From NCBI GenBank assembly GCA_964106915.2, contig OZ066923.1: DNA of 64,000 nucleotides; one strand, written 5' to 3'. Origin of the DNA: Podarcis gaigeae. Its lineage: Eukaryota. The notes under the pieces are model-generated. The model was not told the DNA's origin and made no database searches. It saw only the letters and a list, made by a program, of their open reading frames with translations. This document shows positions 49,679-63,623 of this stretch, one piece after another; the first letter of the stretch is position 1, and every line of letters starts with the position of its first letter. The position numbers and the translations under genes are program-made.

Positions 49679-51577
49679 GGTATTTACAGCTGCATCCATG
49701 GAGTGGCTATCGAGGACCGCCATTCTTCCATGAACTCCCCCACTGCCACCATGAACAATACACATTCCAACATTTTGCGCCTGCTCCGAACAGCAAAGAA
49801 CATGGCAAACCTTTCAGGTGTCAATGGCTCACCACAAAGTGCCCTGGATTTTATCCGTCGCGAATCCTCTGTCTACGATATCTCTGAGCACCGCCGTAGC
49901 TTCACTCATTCCGACTGCAAGTCTTATAACAACCCCCCCTGCGAGGAAAACCTCTTCAGTGATTATATTAGTGAGGTGGAAAGGACCTTTGGTAATCTGC
50001 AGCTGAAAGAAAGCAATGTTTACCAAGACCATTATCATCATCACCATCGCCCCCATAGCATAGGGAGCGCCAGCTCCATCGATGGACTGTATGACTGTGA
50101 TAATCCACCCTTCTCCGCGCAGCCTCGATCTCTCAGTAAGAAGCCATTAGATATCGGTTTGCCGCCGGCCAAACATGGCCAGTTAGGTGACCTTTATGGC
50201 AAGTTGTCTTTCAAGAGTGACCGATACAGCGGTGGAGGGGCACACGACGATTTGATCCGTTCAGATGTCTCGGACATATCGACTCATACCGTGACTTATG
50301 GCAACATTGAGGGCAACGCTGCAAAGCGGCGAAAACAGCAGTATAAAGATAGTCTAAAGAAGCGGCCAGCCTCGGCCAAGTCGCGGAGAGAGTTTGATGA
50401 GATTGAACTGGCCTATCGCCGGCGTCCCCGTTCCCCTGACCACAAGCGCTACTTTAGGGACAAGGAAGGGCTACGGGATTTCTATTTGGACCAGTTCCGG
50501 GCTAAGGAGAACTCACCGCACTGGGAACATGTGGATCTGACGGATATTTATAAAGAGCGGGGAGATGACTTCAAGCGTGACACTATAGGGGGAGCAGGGA
50601 CATGTACTAACAGGACCCACCACAAACACGGGTCGGGGGAGTTTGGAGCAAACAATGAGCACAAGCACAGTGTTGTGAGTGGGGTACCAGCGCCATGGGA
50701 GAAAAACCTCACCAATCTCGATTGGGAGGAACGCCCTGGCGCTAACTATTGCCGCAGTTGCCCATCAAAGCTGCATAACTACACTCCGACCGTGGTGGGG
50801 CAGAATTCCACCCGCCAGCCATGCATCCGGTGTGAAGCCTGCAAGAAGGCCGGAAACCTCTACGACATCAGTGAGGACAACTCCCTCCAAGAGCTGGATC
50901 AGCCATCTGCTCCTGTGCCCGTGGCAACCAGCACCTCCACTACCAAGTATCCTCAGAGCCCTTCCAACTCTGCCTCCAAGGTGCAGAAGAAGAATCGCAA
51001 CAAGCTACGCCGGCAGCACTCCTATGACACCTTTGTGGATCTGCAGAAGGAAGATGCCGCCCTGGCCCCCCGCAGCGTCAGCCTGAAGGACAAGGGCCGC
51101 TTTTTGGAGGGAAGCCCCTATGCCCACATGTTTGAGATGCCAGCCAGCGAGTCCACTTTTGCCAACAACAAGTCCTCAGTGCCCGCCACCAGCCACCACC
51201 ACCACAACAATCCTGGCATTAGTGGTGGTTATATGCTCAGCAAGTCACTCTACCCCGACCGGGTCACTCAAAACCCTTTCATCCCCACTTTTGGGGATGA
51301 CCAGTGCTTGCTCCACGGCAGCAAATCCTATTTCTTCAGGCAGCCTGTGGTGGCAGGAGGGCCCAAGGCCAGGCCAGACTTCNNNNNNNNNNNNNNNNNN
51401 NNNNNNNNNNNNNNNNNNNNNNNNNNNNNNNNNNNNNNNNNNNNNNNNNNNNNNNNNNNNNNNNNNNNNNNNNNNNNNNNNNNNNNNNNNNNNNNNNNNN
51501 NNNNNNNNNNNNNNNNNNNNNNNNNNNNNNNNNNNNNNGTTTATGAGAAACTTTCCAGTATTGAGTCTGATGTCTGA
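49679..51577 (+). CDS. GRIN2B: GluN2B last coding exon (exon 13 equivalent), intracellular C-terminal domain
   Basis: cccccattgcag|GGT; GIYSCIHGV... with CaMKII site [16 protein letters not shown], Cys cluster CRSC..CIRCEAC, YEKL endocytic motif and PDZ ligand ESDV*; these distinguish GluN2B from 2A/C/D. Confidence 0.98.
   Translation, partial: GIYSCIHGVAIEDRHSSMNSPTATMNNTHSNILRLLRTAKNMANLSGVNGSPQSALDFIRRESSVYDISEHRRSFTHSDCKSYNNPPCEENLFSDYISEVERTFGNLQLKESNVYQDHYHHHHRPHSIGSASSIDGLYDCDNPPFSAQPRSLSKKPLDIGLPPAKHGQLGDLYGKLSFKSDRYSGGGAHDDLIRSDVSDISTHTVTYGNIEGNAAKRRKQQYKDSLKKRPASAKSRREFDEIELAYRRRPRSPDHKRYFRDKEGLRDFYLDQFRAKENSPHWEHVDLTDIYKERGDDFKRDTIGGAGTCTNRTHHKHGSGEFGANNEHKHSVVSGVPAPWEKNLTNLDWEERPGANYCRSCPSKLHNYTPTVVGQNSTRQPCIRCEACKKAGNLYDISEDNSLQELDQPSAPVPVATSTSTTKYPQSPSNSASKVQKKNRNKLRRQHSYDTFVDLQKEDAALAPRSVSLKDKGRFLEGSPYAHMFEMPASESTFANNKSSVPATSHHHHNNPGISGGYMLSKSLYPDRVTQNPFIPTFGDDQCLLHGSKSYFFRQPVVAGGPKARPDFXXXXXXXXXXXXXXXXXXXXXXXXXXXXXXXXXXXXXXXXXXXXXXXXXXXXVYEKLSSIESDV
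51383..51538. other. Assembly gap or masked stretch (156 N) inside the GRIN2B CTD
   Basis: Run of N between ...PDF (ttc) and V (gtt)YEKL; length is a multiple of 3. Confidence 0.99.
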
Positions 51578-54500
51578 GTGATGGGGAAAAGCATGGGAGG
51601 GGATGGTGCTGGAAATGCAACGTGTGGGAGGGGCAGGTGGTGGGTTCAGACCTAGTTCCCATTTGCTACTCTTCTGCTACTCTTTTTTTCTTTGTGGAGT
51701 ATTGGAGTTCTGCTTAGGCAGCGCTGATGCGAAGTGCCACCTCTTTCTTTCCCCAGATCCCCCATCCCCGATGATCTCTTTTCATTTCTCCACTCACAGT
51801 TCCATTCCTGGCCATCACATGTCAGAGCTTAGTAGCTTAGCTTGTGTTTTCACAGTTGGGAAAGGCAAAGGCATGGTTGAGGAGAGGCCAGCATACGAGT
51901 GGGAGCAATAGCCGCAGAGTTTGGGGTTTTCTCGGCGCCAAACTGTGATGGTTAGTATAGATATGAGAAGGTGGCCTGAGGCGGAGAATGGAAGAGATAG
52001 AATGGGCATGAAGAAGATACAGGTCTTCTTACATATGTACTTTTAAGCAAAATTGCTGGGACGTGAATAGTGTGGGATCAACTTAATGCATTTTATGTTG
52101 ATTACATGCAAAAAATCATTCAGTTCTTTTGTGAAGACTCTGTGGGTTAAAGGCTGAAATATGGAGTTGCATATATACATATACATATATATATATATAT
52201 ATACTGAAGATAAAAATGTATTGAAATCTTGGTATATTTACCAGGGGGAGGGGAGGTTTGATATGTATGCAGATCTAGCCAGTGGTCCAGTCAACAGTAA
52301 CCCAGTGAGGTCACTTCTGAGAGATGAATTGGAATGATAAAAGCGAATGCCAGTGAAACTTTCAGCAAAAGTCTTGGGAAAATTCAAATGTTGGGGTCCC
52401 AGGGGAAGTTTTGTTGCAGGTTTTGTGCTACTCATGAACAACTTGTTAATTTTGAAATGGTGAAATATCAAATATGGGTTGGTTTATGCACAAGCTTAAA
52501 TGTGAAAATTAATTGACACGAACCATCGTAACAACATGAGTTTTTTATCGCTACGAGATTTAGTAGACGAACCCAGCAGAGCAAACCTTTCCAATGCAAG
52601 GGAACATAAAGGGCAGTGAATGAAAAGAAGAGCAGGGTTGGCAACTCAAGCTTCACTGTTGTTCTGATGAATTTAATCTGGCAGGGAGAAGGATCAGCCA
52701 TTGCTCCCCCCTCTAGCATATCATGCAACACGAGCAAGATGAATAATGGAAAGGCTTTCTCTGCTGATGGTGTATTTCCTCTGAGTAGAAAGTGGAAGAA
52801 GGCGGCGGTGGTGGTGGTGGTGGGAATAGGGCCAGCACAACGCAGACATGTGTATATGTGTATTTATTGAATATATTCTTATATTTGATAATTATAGTGT
52901 TGTGGAAATACACGGCTTGTCTTCCACAGGGCATGAGGAGATGAATCATCAGATCCTACAGATGCTATGGTGACGACTGGAGAGCAGAGTTGGAAAGATG
53001 TGGGGAATATTGTTGTGAAGGGGACCGGCAGGTTCAAAAGTGCAAAAGCGGTATCATTTAGCATCTTGAGAGTTGTTCTGGCCCTGTCCTCAGTGCATAT
53101 GGTACTGATAACAGCAGTTTGGCTACCAAGGAGGAATAACTGTAAATGCAAGTTAAAATGAGACACTTGTTAGAAGCGATATTGTTTCGTTTACAGCAGG
53201 AACCCTCAGGTAAGGGCAACAGGTCCATTGTTGCTTCCCAAAAATGTGGCAAAGCACCTCACTTTTTCATGGGTCTGTTGTTCTGCTTTCCTAACTGGAA
53301 AGGACTGTGAAAAGTGCTCTTCGGCTATCTTGGGCACATTGCAGTAGAACTGAACGCATGGACAGGCACAGGCCCTGAGCTTTGGAAGCAGCCATTCTTT
53401 TCGAGCCACATTTCCTGCAGCTGATTCTCTTCTCGTGTATCCTTCCAACCATACCCTACTTGGCTTTATCTTAATACCTTTCTTGCATTTAAGCCAACTG
53501 AAGGCCTTGTTTTTTTGGTAGGCAGAGGCCAGGAGGAAGGGCCTGAACATTTTGTGAAATCGGATTCCCCCACCTCCTCTGGATTTACTAAGCAAGTTAT
53601 GGAAGGAGGGACGCCCTCTCTATGGTTGGAGGAGTAGAACGCCTTTTGGTTCCTCTCTTCTTTCTCCTGTAAAGAAAATAATGCTTGCTTAGCAGTCTGC
53701 AGAACATGGAGTGAACCCTCTGACAAGAGCAGTTGAGAAGGCATTCATTTCATTTGTAAATATGGTTTTCTTTTCTATTACATTTTGTACAAACTAGTGC
53801 TTCTCTTCTTGTGAATATTCAGGTTTGGAGAGAAGAGGGATTTTAGGTTGTCCTCCCACCCCTGCAACTTTCAGGCGATGTGTCTGGAAGTTGTTTGATG
53901 TGGGCCCAGGCTGTTAAAAATGGGGGAGAAGGAGAGAAAACTGCATGCATTGAATACCTCTATCTACACACCTGCCACCTTTTTTCTTCATGGTTCGAAA
54001 ATATATTAGATCACCTCTAGCCTTGCTAGCAGGGCTTTCATGTTCTAATGGAAGCACACTATATCTCCCTTGCTTGATTCTAAACTCCATACCATAACCC
54101 TTCTCTGGAATCTGGGTCCTGGGCTTTGTGCTGTTTTCCCTTGGTGATGAAGCAAACCATCATTTTGAATGTTCAGTTTAGATCATCACCCAACACTACA
54201 GGGACTTCTCCAAAGTTAATGTTGGCTTGGAAACCTTGGGCCTGGGAAATCTCAGTTTACTAGTACTTCTTAAGGTTTATTAAGCAGCTGGGTTTGATCC
54301 TACTGATTAAGCTTGCCTTTGGCAGCTATGTCAGTATTCCCATCCCTCAGCTGAAACCAAATACAGTTGAGAATGGTACTTCGGAGAAAATTAAACTGAA
54401 AAACAAACCAAAAAGATGCTAACTGAACTCTCAGAATGATTCCAGATCTTTGTTTTGGATGACGGTTCACTATGGTTCACATTTTCTTATAACCTTTTTC

Positions 54501-54797
54501 TCTGACCCTAGCTCAATTTAAACGTTGAATGACATGTTTACATTTATAGTGTTTAGGTTTGATAATATTAAAGTGCTTTACAAATTTTAATTTGTGTGCA
54601 CAGAGTGTGAAAATTGTCTGCTTAAGGATAACAGGAAATGTTGGAGGACTTTCAACAACAATCCATTTGCAGGTGTCTTGTGTATTGCCTTGACACGTGA
54701 AATGAGCCTCTGGCTTTCTTTCCCCTTCTCTTTCATTTGAAACATACATTTTTCTTTCTCTTGAAATTTGACCAAGAGGGAAAGGGTTGGTTGGATA

Positions 54798-54837
<40 letters not shown>
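54798..54837 (+). repeat. (CA)n microsatellite
   Basis: Direct reading. Confidence 0.95.
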
Positions 54838-54839
<2 letters not shown>

Positions 54840-57800
54840 CTTGGAACACTGATTACAATTTTGTAATTTAAAATTCTGAGTGTTATTTCACTAAAAATAA
54901 TCGAGTGAACATAACAGGAAATTTTAGCAGCAGGTGCTGTTTATGCTAGAATGGAGGCTGTGATGTTGGTTGCTTAACTTGCCAAAAAAATACATGAGAC
55001 TTTGTACGAGAGGCCAACAAAAGTGAATGTTTATCAGCTCAGAAACCCAGTTTCTTCTTCCTCTTAGAAAAATGGGGTGTGTTCCTAATATTTCTGTCAT
55101 TTCATAACATTGATTCCCCCCCCCCATGAACTAAGGGTGTTTGTTTTGCATGGGTGAGTGGTTCTGTACCTGAACATACATAATGTAACTGGTATGATTT
55201 TTTTTTCAGTCTGGCATATCTTGCCATTAATGTCTTTTGGGAGGATATATTGAAATACTTTCTAAATGCTCATACTTCTGGAGCCATGGCAATATGTATG
55301 TAATAAATGTTATGGTATAAAGGAGGAAAAGATGGGGTGGGGTGGGGGAATGGCAGACTTCCCATGCTGTTAGACATTAGTATGGCATGCTGCCGGACCA
55401 CTTATTCTGGCATTCTTTAATGGAGGTGGTATGTCTGCCAATGTAGCAATACACCATGTTATGTTATGTTATATCCTGCCATAATGTGTGGTGCTCCATA
55501 AATTTGGTGAGTGGGGTATTATGCATGACACAAACATATCAAAGAAAATGGGTTGTCCCTGCATCAGCACTCATCTACAGGTTTTTAAAAATATACTGCC
55601 CCTCTCCATCCCCACCCCATACTCCCTTGCACATGTAAATCAACTAGTATCTCTCATACTTGCCAAAATCCAACACAATCCCAATTTGGGCACAGGTATT
55701 CCGGCAGTTTCTTACAACCCACTTCCTGCCACTGGGAATTCTTCTTCAAATTCCATTAATAAAAATCTACATCATTCCTAAATACAGTCATCGTTAGGAT
55801 AATCAGAGGCTAGTTGCACAGAGGAACTATTTTGTTCCAGGATGTTGTCAAAACAAACATATATGCCTCATGAGTTTGCTTAGATCAAGCATGGCCGTAT
55901 CCCTTCTTGTCCAAAAGAGCTGGCAGCCTATATTCATGATTGTACTCCGTATTGCCCACCTGCTCCCAAATGGGGCTTGTGTTAGTTTCATTCCATCACA
56001 TCCATCAGATATATGCGCATGAAGCTACCTGAAAGATCGGGCCCTGAAGTTCCTGGCAACAATAGAAGAGGACCTCAACCCCTCAAGCTTGCATTTTGCA
56101 TCCTCTCCCATAAGTGCTTCCCTACAATTACATATTGAACATACTAGGTCTGTCCAAGTGGAAAACGTCCACTCTACTTCTGGACGCTGCTCGAATATGA
56201 AGAAAGTAATTAGTGGGACACTAGCTTTGTCCCCCAAGGGCTTATTTCCAGTTTGTAGCCAAATAGGCTTCCAAGCCATAATTCTGTTCTTAATATTCCC
56301 TACACCCTCACCACTGGAAAAGTTGGTTAGGGTTATAACCGCCAGTTATAGATCCAGACATATAGCATCATTTTCATTATGGATGGGTTTCCATTTCTGG
56401 CACCCATCCAGACAAACTTCAAACTAAACCACCACATTTTAAAAACTTTTATTTTAAATACTTTGAAGGCCCGCCCTTTCCAGCCTCTGAATGTTACCAA
56501 ATTCCCTTTATTGTTGACAATAATGTGAATTAGTGTAGAGTACATCTTGACAAAATTAGAATATTCTCTATTAGCAAAGTCCAGTTAAAAACAACAAAGC
56601 AGTGCTATGAAGATTGAAGATCACTTCACACAACCAGACCAGCTTGGTGATAGACCAGTGAGCCAAGGAGGGGCATAGACAAAGGGCACCCCCATAAGCT
56701 TCAAATTAAATTGCCCTCCTCCATGATGAGTTGGTGGAGTGAGTGGATCCAGGTTCAGGTCTGCCCATGGTAAAGCTTAATACCCAGCTCACATGGTATG
56801 CCATCTGTGAAGCTGTGGGGTATGCAACGATTTGACCACATGTCAGACTGAGCTGGATCCATTTGGTCAGCAAGCCCATCATGCCAATTCAATCATCTGA
56901 ACTGGGCTCAAGATAAAATCTGTGTTATCAGTTATTCATAATTTAATTTATTTAACCTATCACAAGTGGTTGTAATGAATACCACAGTTAAGTTCTTGGA
57001 AGGTCCGACCTATTCCATACTGAGTTAACTGCATTTCTTTCATAAACACTGGTGTTTGTGTGTACACACACACACACACACCACATACTAAAAAGCTGAA
57101 TAATATATATGTAGGTCTCACATAACTTCAGCAAAAAGCCTGAGTATGTATGGACACATCTCAAACATCAAAATCAATATATTTCAGCAAACATTTTTGA
57201 CTCTTTTTAGTCACAATAAAGCATTTTATCAAAGCAGAAACAATGCAACATTTCCTGACATTGTTTTTAATGTTATGTATTCATGTTGTGCCATATATAT
57301 CATCCGCTTATTTGATTGCGGTTATATGTAAATATAAGTGTACATATGTACAGGAGCTAATTACAGCAGCTATATTCAGGTTGGGGGAAGAGGGTAATTT
57401 TTTTATATGTACAGTATTTCCATATTAAGCAAAGGCATGGGGAAGGGGGAATTGACTTATGAGTTGTGGTTTTCCTTGGTCTGTGGTGTTTGAAGTTGTT
57501 TCAGTGGTTGCTTTTGCCAGTTTGGGAAGTTTATCTGGATGTTCTATGTGTGTGCTAAGAAAGGGACTCATGTTGGGGGAGGTTTGGGGGCTGGTGGCGG
57601 GTGGGGAGGAAAAGGGTGTTAATAGTTTCCTTAATTAGAACATGTATTGATAGCTAGAGACTACATGTTTGAGATTATATGTTTGAAACACCAGGCTACC
57701 CCTTTCCTTAGATTGTCTGTCTTTATTTTTCCCCCTCTTTCTCCTCTGAAAACTGTCCCATGTTTCTCTCCCTTCCTTTTCCTGGGATGTTAGTAACACC

Positions 57801-58164
57801 CACCATTTTGATATGTGTGTCTTTCTCTGACATTGTTCAAGAGTCTTCTTCACCCACTTCTTCTGCAAGGAAAAGCCATTTTCTAACATCCCTCCTACAC
57901 AGCAGGTTGTTATTCTGGATATTCTACGTAAAACCCATGTCAGAGCCTCACTCCCCATGTTCAAATCTGACCATAACCCCACCTTACTGAAGTGTGTTCA
58001 GATCTCTTCTGAGGTTTTGTGCCTCATTTTTTTGTTCAGACTACTCTGCTTCTTTGGCTGTCACCTCACCCCCTCCTGCTCTCTTGCTGTGCATGTGTGA
58101 TTTTGGGCATCTAAAGATGGCATCTCTTTTCCAAGCAGAACCCTTTCATTGTGGGTAGTAAAGC

Positions 58165-58310
58165 TAGTGTGGTAGACTGAGTTGAGTGTTAGATTTGTAC
58201 TTCACATCCTTATTCAGCCATGAAGCTTGCTAGATGGCCTACTCTTGGAGAGATGAAATTGGGATTATCCTAGATATGCCACCCTGCACTATTTGAAGGA
58301 AGGGCAGGAT
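58165..58310 (+). mobile_element. Old degraded tRNA/CORE SINE
   Basis: agtgtggtagactgag..cagccatgaagcttgctagatggcct..aaattgggattat..caccctgcac. Confidence 0.5.
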
Positions 58311-61300
58311 TTTAATTATTTAATATGATTAAAATGTAAATAATTGACAGATGTTGTTACCCAGCCACCCACCTGCTAATAGGTACATTTCTGAAATCAC
58401 CTGGTATTGCTCTTCAGCTAGTCAGGTAGCGGCAGAGCAGTGTACCATCTGTGATCTCCTTGGAAAAGTTCTTTTGACTCTAATAAACAGTTGGCATGAT
58501 TTGACAATTGAGGCATGGACACAAAGCCTTTTCACCATGCTTTCTTTCATGAGGGTCCTCATAAATCCCATCAAATGCACTTTGTCAGCCTTCATTTCAA
58601 CCATCTAACATTGTATTACCTTAAAATTGCCTTCTTATTACAAGAAATCTTGTTCATAAGTCTTTATATGGTTGGTTGCTTATCGTTATGTCCTCTCTAA
58701 TTTTCTCAACACCCTTTTGTTCCCAGTGGTTGGTATTCAGACACCTACTGCCTTCAACAGTGGAGGCAGAATAATGAGCTCATCCCACAAAGTGGCCAAT
58801 GGTCACTCCCCTCTTCACTGAGCCAGCCTGACTTATCTCCTTATCCCTGGTGAAGGAAACAGACCTTCTTTTATTTCCAAAGGCTGAGTGTCTGAGGGTT
58901 TGATTTCCATTTGGGAGGTACGGTTTATGCTGAGTACAACCTACCAGAATATTCTCTTGCACAAGCTCCATTGAGCACTCCTTGTGCTGGATTCCGCCCA
59001 TTGTTTGTAGAGAGGTGCCTCCTCACCCCCCCCTTCACTGCATTAAGGGATGTCCCTGCATTACATAATCCTCACCTGCTCCTTTTATTTTGGTCATTTT
59101 CAAATGTTCTTAGCATCAAGTTCATGTGTTTTAGGCTACCAATAGTGGTGTGGAAAACAATGGCCTTAGAATGTTTTCCCTGAGAAAACAAAATAGAAAG
59201 AAAGGGCTCGTGGTAGTTGATGTTTTCTTCAGCAGCTGCAGGTTACCCAAGGAGCTGCCCTCACCCTTCTGTCACATGCAGAATAAGGATAGTAATGTTT
59301 TGTTTGGCTTTCTGAACTGTGTATTGGGGTGGGGATATGGGCGCATGCCAGCCTGGCCATCTTTTAAAGTAAAGTGGGGTTCAGGGTAGCCTTTCAGCCC
59401 AACAATTTGCCTTTTCAGTTAAAAGCATCTGAATTTGCATTGTGCCTTTGTATTATTCTTACTGATTTGGAAATAACTTTGCTTAATAATATCTTCCCAT
59501 GGAAAACTGGTAATTGAAATCTGTTGGTTGACCAGTTCTCTAGCCAGTTAACTAGCTTATTTGTACTGATTTTTTACCATAATGTTATGTAATGCTTATT
59601 GTGTGCTTTTCATTTATGTAGCAATTTGCAGGTCAATCCAATCTGTTTGTTTTAGTAGTAGCATCTGAAACAATGATTTGCAATCTCCCTAGCTCAAGTT
59701 CAATTCTCCCTTTGTACAAGCCCCAATCGCAGGGTGCTGCCTAGGGGCAGGGGGAATCTTGCACCCCTCCCTCTCTCTGGACCATAGAACTACTCTTGTG
59801 TGACCTAACTGTTCTACAACAAAGGCAGGGGCAACTGCCTTTATAGAGATCACGTCCCAGAATATATACAGGGTTGTGGAACAAGCCATGCCCTTTTATT
59901 GACTCTGTGACCCTTCCATCTAACCATATGAGCAAATGTGTAAGAACTGGACATGGGGAGTTCTGTTCTGGATAAGGAATGTGTAGAATATCATGAAGAG
60001 CCATGACTAAAGCCAGAGAGGATGCTGATGTTTCTCTCTACTAAGATATAAGCTCCACTTGCATTGTAGTTTGTGAGAGGGGAGCTGAGAGTATATATAG
60101 TTTTATCTTAAAGGCAGGTGTTAGTTTTTGTGATTTGCTGTAAGCAGAGAGCAAAAGTAAAGCCTTGTGGAATGAGTTATTATTTTGCCAAGTATAAAAC
60201 TGTTTAAAGCTCTTGGTTGGGGGCTCAATGGGTGTGGCAAAGGACTTTGGCTCCCTCTGAAAGGTTGATTTTACAGCTCAAAAGTCCTGTGTGCACGTGG
60301 TGCACATTTGCCACCTGAATAAAGTGGACTGAGAGTAGCTTTACAGTGTACATATAGCTAGATTTGTAGACAGGAAGGACTAATGTGTGGCCTATTTTTC
60401 TGTGCAATTCATGATAGGCAGAAGAGATTAAGAACAGATTTGAAGGATTCCTTGCTAGCCAAACATCATTCCATAGAAGTGGGAGAATTTGCCCCTCTGC
60501 AACTTGGATTCTGTTATTCCCACAACCCACAACTCCCTTATGTTCTTAGTGGATGGTGCTGTCAGATGTAGGGCAATGTGTTATTCAGTATGTGGACAGT
60601 ATGTCACAGATGCCTCTGATTGTCACTAGTGACTGCCTATTGCTCTTATGTGCAACATGTCCCCTCCGTGCTGCTTCTGTTTCAGCTATCGACTGCATCA
60701 TCATCCTTGTTAGTGTGCCAGCCTCTTTTGCTTCGCAGCCAAGGGCTGCACTGTCTGCAGCACAGCGCCTTGCTTTTCTGCCATGTCCTCCTTATTCACA
60801 GCCGGGTGCCAGGCGTCTTTCACTTGGTGCCAAGCTTCTTTCTGCCTTGCTACCAACTGCTGTGGTGCATACATCACTGAGTAACCTCTCATACATCTCA
60901 GAGGAAACATTGCTTGGAATGCCCTTTGGGTGACTCCTGAGACTATGGCAAACCCATCAACACCCTTTAATTAATTGTTCATACTCTGTTGGTTCAATTT
61001 GCACTATTATCATGGCCACCTTTACTCTTTAACAGGATGAAATTTAGACTTTGAGCCATAAGCTAAGTCTTGTTAGCTAGCAGATAACTGATTTGGATTT
61101 AGGCTAATGTGTTTCTTTGCTGAATAATGCAATTGCTAAAAGGCATACTACAGCCAGTACCTGACATCCTGTCTTGTTGCAAGACTCTGGCAGGGTCATT
61201 TGGGGAAAGTGGGAAGGCGCATTTACTGCAATCCTTTCATTTCCCAAAGCCAGTTTGTGGATTGATAGGAGGGCTGTATGGGTGGAGGTCAATCTTCAGC

Positions 61301-63590
61301 ATGAAGCACTGCAGGGACCAATTTCCCCCCTTTATGCCTAAAAAGAAGCTTTCGGTGGGAATACACACATTGGGAAGGAAGCACCAGGAAAGGGTTGAAC
61401 CTCCACCCTTCTGCAGCCATGATAAAATTCCTCCTTCCCATGGCTGCTTTAAGCCTAAGCAAGAAACACTTGAGAGGTTCAATCATAGGTATTTGGTATT
61501 AAGATGCACCTTAGCCTAGAGATACAGATGAGAGTTGGGAAAAGGAAAGCATAAAGGAGGTATAAGAGGCATGGGAATGACAGGAGCAAAGTCTCCTTAT
61601 AGTCCATAACATTTCACAGTCAAATATTTAGTTCCTAGTATAAATCATTGGCTTTGGAAGCCTGACTCAATTACTGTGTTTATTCAAACAGGCAGGCAGG
61701 CACACACAAACCACTGTGAAATGTGTGTGCATGTTGTGTGCATACTTTTAGGTAAGTCAGGGGAGCTCGGGTGGGGGGTAAAGGAGGCGTAGCCTACAAT
61801 ACAACGTTAAGATAGTTTCCAGTCTGTGTTGTTCAGATGGGAGGCCGTGTAATCTGTGTTTGTAATGTGTTTGATGGTAGGACAGTTCTGAGATGTCATC
61901 GTTAGAGAGCAGAGCTTTGCAATATACCTCTCTGGTCTTTTGTGCATCAGAAAGTTGCTGTTCTGTCTCATGCTCTCTCATTTGGGGTGGGGTGGGGGCT
62001 TTTCCAATGATTAGGGGGCAAAAAACCCTGCATCCTATTCTAGTTATATAGCGATGCTAGCCCTGATTCCAGAAGCATCTTCTTCCAAAATCACTGATGA
62101 AGGAGGCACCATATTGTGGGAGACAGCAGTTCTGTTGTTCACAGCTTTCAAAAAGCACAGCTGGAAAGGGTGCAGCCAGCAAAGACGTTTTTAAGGGAAA
62201 TCACGTAAAACATCCTCATTGGCAACATGTGTTTGCTTGCTTACTGAAGTTTTGTTTAGAACTAGTACAGAATGGCTCCACCATCACTGCAGTAGACAGC
62301 TGATACAGTGCACAGTAAACAAGGGCATTCTATAAAATAAATAGTTGAAAACTGTAAATGCAAGAATGTCACGAGCTGTGGTAGTAAGTGAGCACATTTC
62401 TCACTGGTGGTATTGCAGGTAATGTGCAGTCATTGCCTACACTGCTTGTGGAAATGCTGCAATAGAGACACTGCTAGAAATGTAGATCCCATATCACAAA
62501 TGAGTAATGGCAACACACTTACACTCCAGTTCTGTGCAGCACTCTGTGCATCCAGAAGCCTAACTACATATAATATTAACAGTATGATTTACAATCGCAT
62601 TGCATGCTATTTTTTGAAAAAGAATACAGGTGCAGGGATGTGAGTGTCAATAAGATCAGAGTGCACAGGATGAGAAGGGTTAAACTCTACTCAGATGCAA
62701 TTTGCATGAAATTCCCCTCCCTGCCCAGCACAGCTACTCGCATTACATATCAAGCTCCCATCGGCATCAGTGGAGATTCTCCCTCCCCAATGGTAATTTC
62801 CGTGTTGTGGGGGGCATTTTATGGAGATTGTGCCAAGAGGAGGAAGGATCCTGATAACAGTTGTTTCCGCTGCACTTGATATTTAATTTTTAACAACACA
62901 CAATGTGATTGCTAATCACATCATTAATGTAATGTGTAGTTAGGCCCCTAAAGCCACTGAATTTTGTAGGATTAAGCATGTCAAACTTGGTGTAGGACTG
63001 GACTGTGAATGTGCTTTAACAAACTGATCATCTGGAAAGCCCCCTCCCTCTTAAAAACTAACTAGGAAATTTCTAACAAAACTTTCCTAGTGGGAAAAAA
63101 GCACTTTGCCAACATTTGGCCACTAGTAAAAGAAAAGAAAAATCTCCAGACTGAAATGGAGCTTAATTGATAATTTAAACTGACTAAAATGAATGTTTTG
63201 TGTATGTGGAATGAATGGTGAGACCAAGTTAGAATGATTCATCTGAAACAAAAGAGATTCTGAAAATGAATGTAACTAAAAATGTAGATTTCCTTCTTTT
63301 GTCTGTATTATAGAGAGAGAACACAATTTACAATTGACAGAAATAACAATTTCAAGCAACATTTCCCAAAACAGCAAGGAACGTCAGCATGAACCGCATT
63401 ACTGTATGATTCTAGGCTTGCTGCTGTTCAAAGACCCAATGCTCTTCTTCATCTTTTCTCTTTTATGGGTTTTCACAGCTTCCCTATCCTTATCCATAAT
63501 GAATGGCTAAATCCACCAGGTTCAAAATCTAATTTCTGTACATTTACTTCAGCTAGTGCTTCCTTACGGTGTGTGTGTGTTTGTGTGTGC

Positions 63591-63623
63591 TTGACTGATT
63601 GATTGATTGATTGATTGATTGAT
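63591..63623 (+). repeat. (GATT)n microsatellite
   Basis: Direct reading. Confidence 0.9.

Noticed and set aside
50679-51581. Long +1-frame ORFs overlapping the GRIN2B last exon (135 aa and 153 aa, separated by one stop), reminiscent of the frameshifted short GluN2A isoform
   Set aside because: The +1 frame is often open in GC3-rich, low-hydrophobicity coding sequence. The segment before GDDQ has no AG acceptor (cccacttttggggatg), no strong internal donor was seen, and part of the ORF is Ns.
51572-51585. Stop-codon readthrough or tandem TGA after ESDV
   Set aside because: The context is TGA-GTG, not the TGA-CTAG readthrough motif, and an extension would mask the PDZ ligand.
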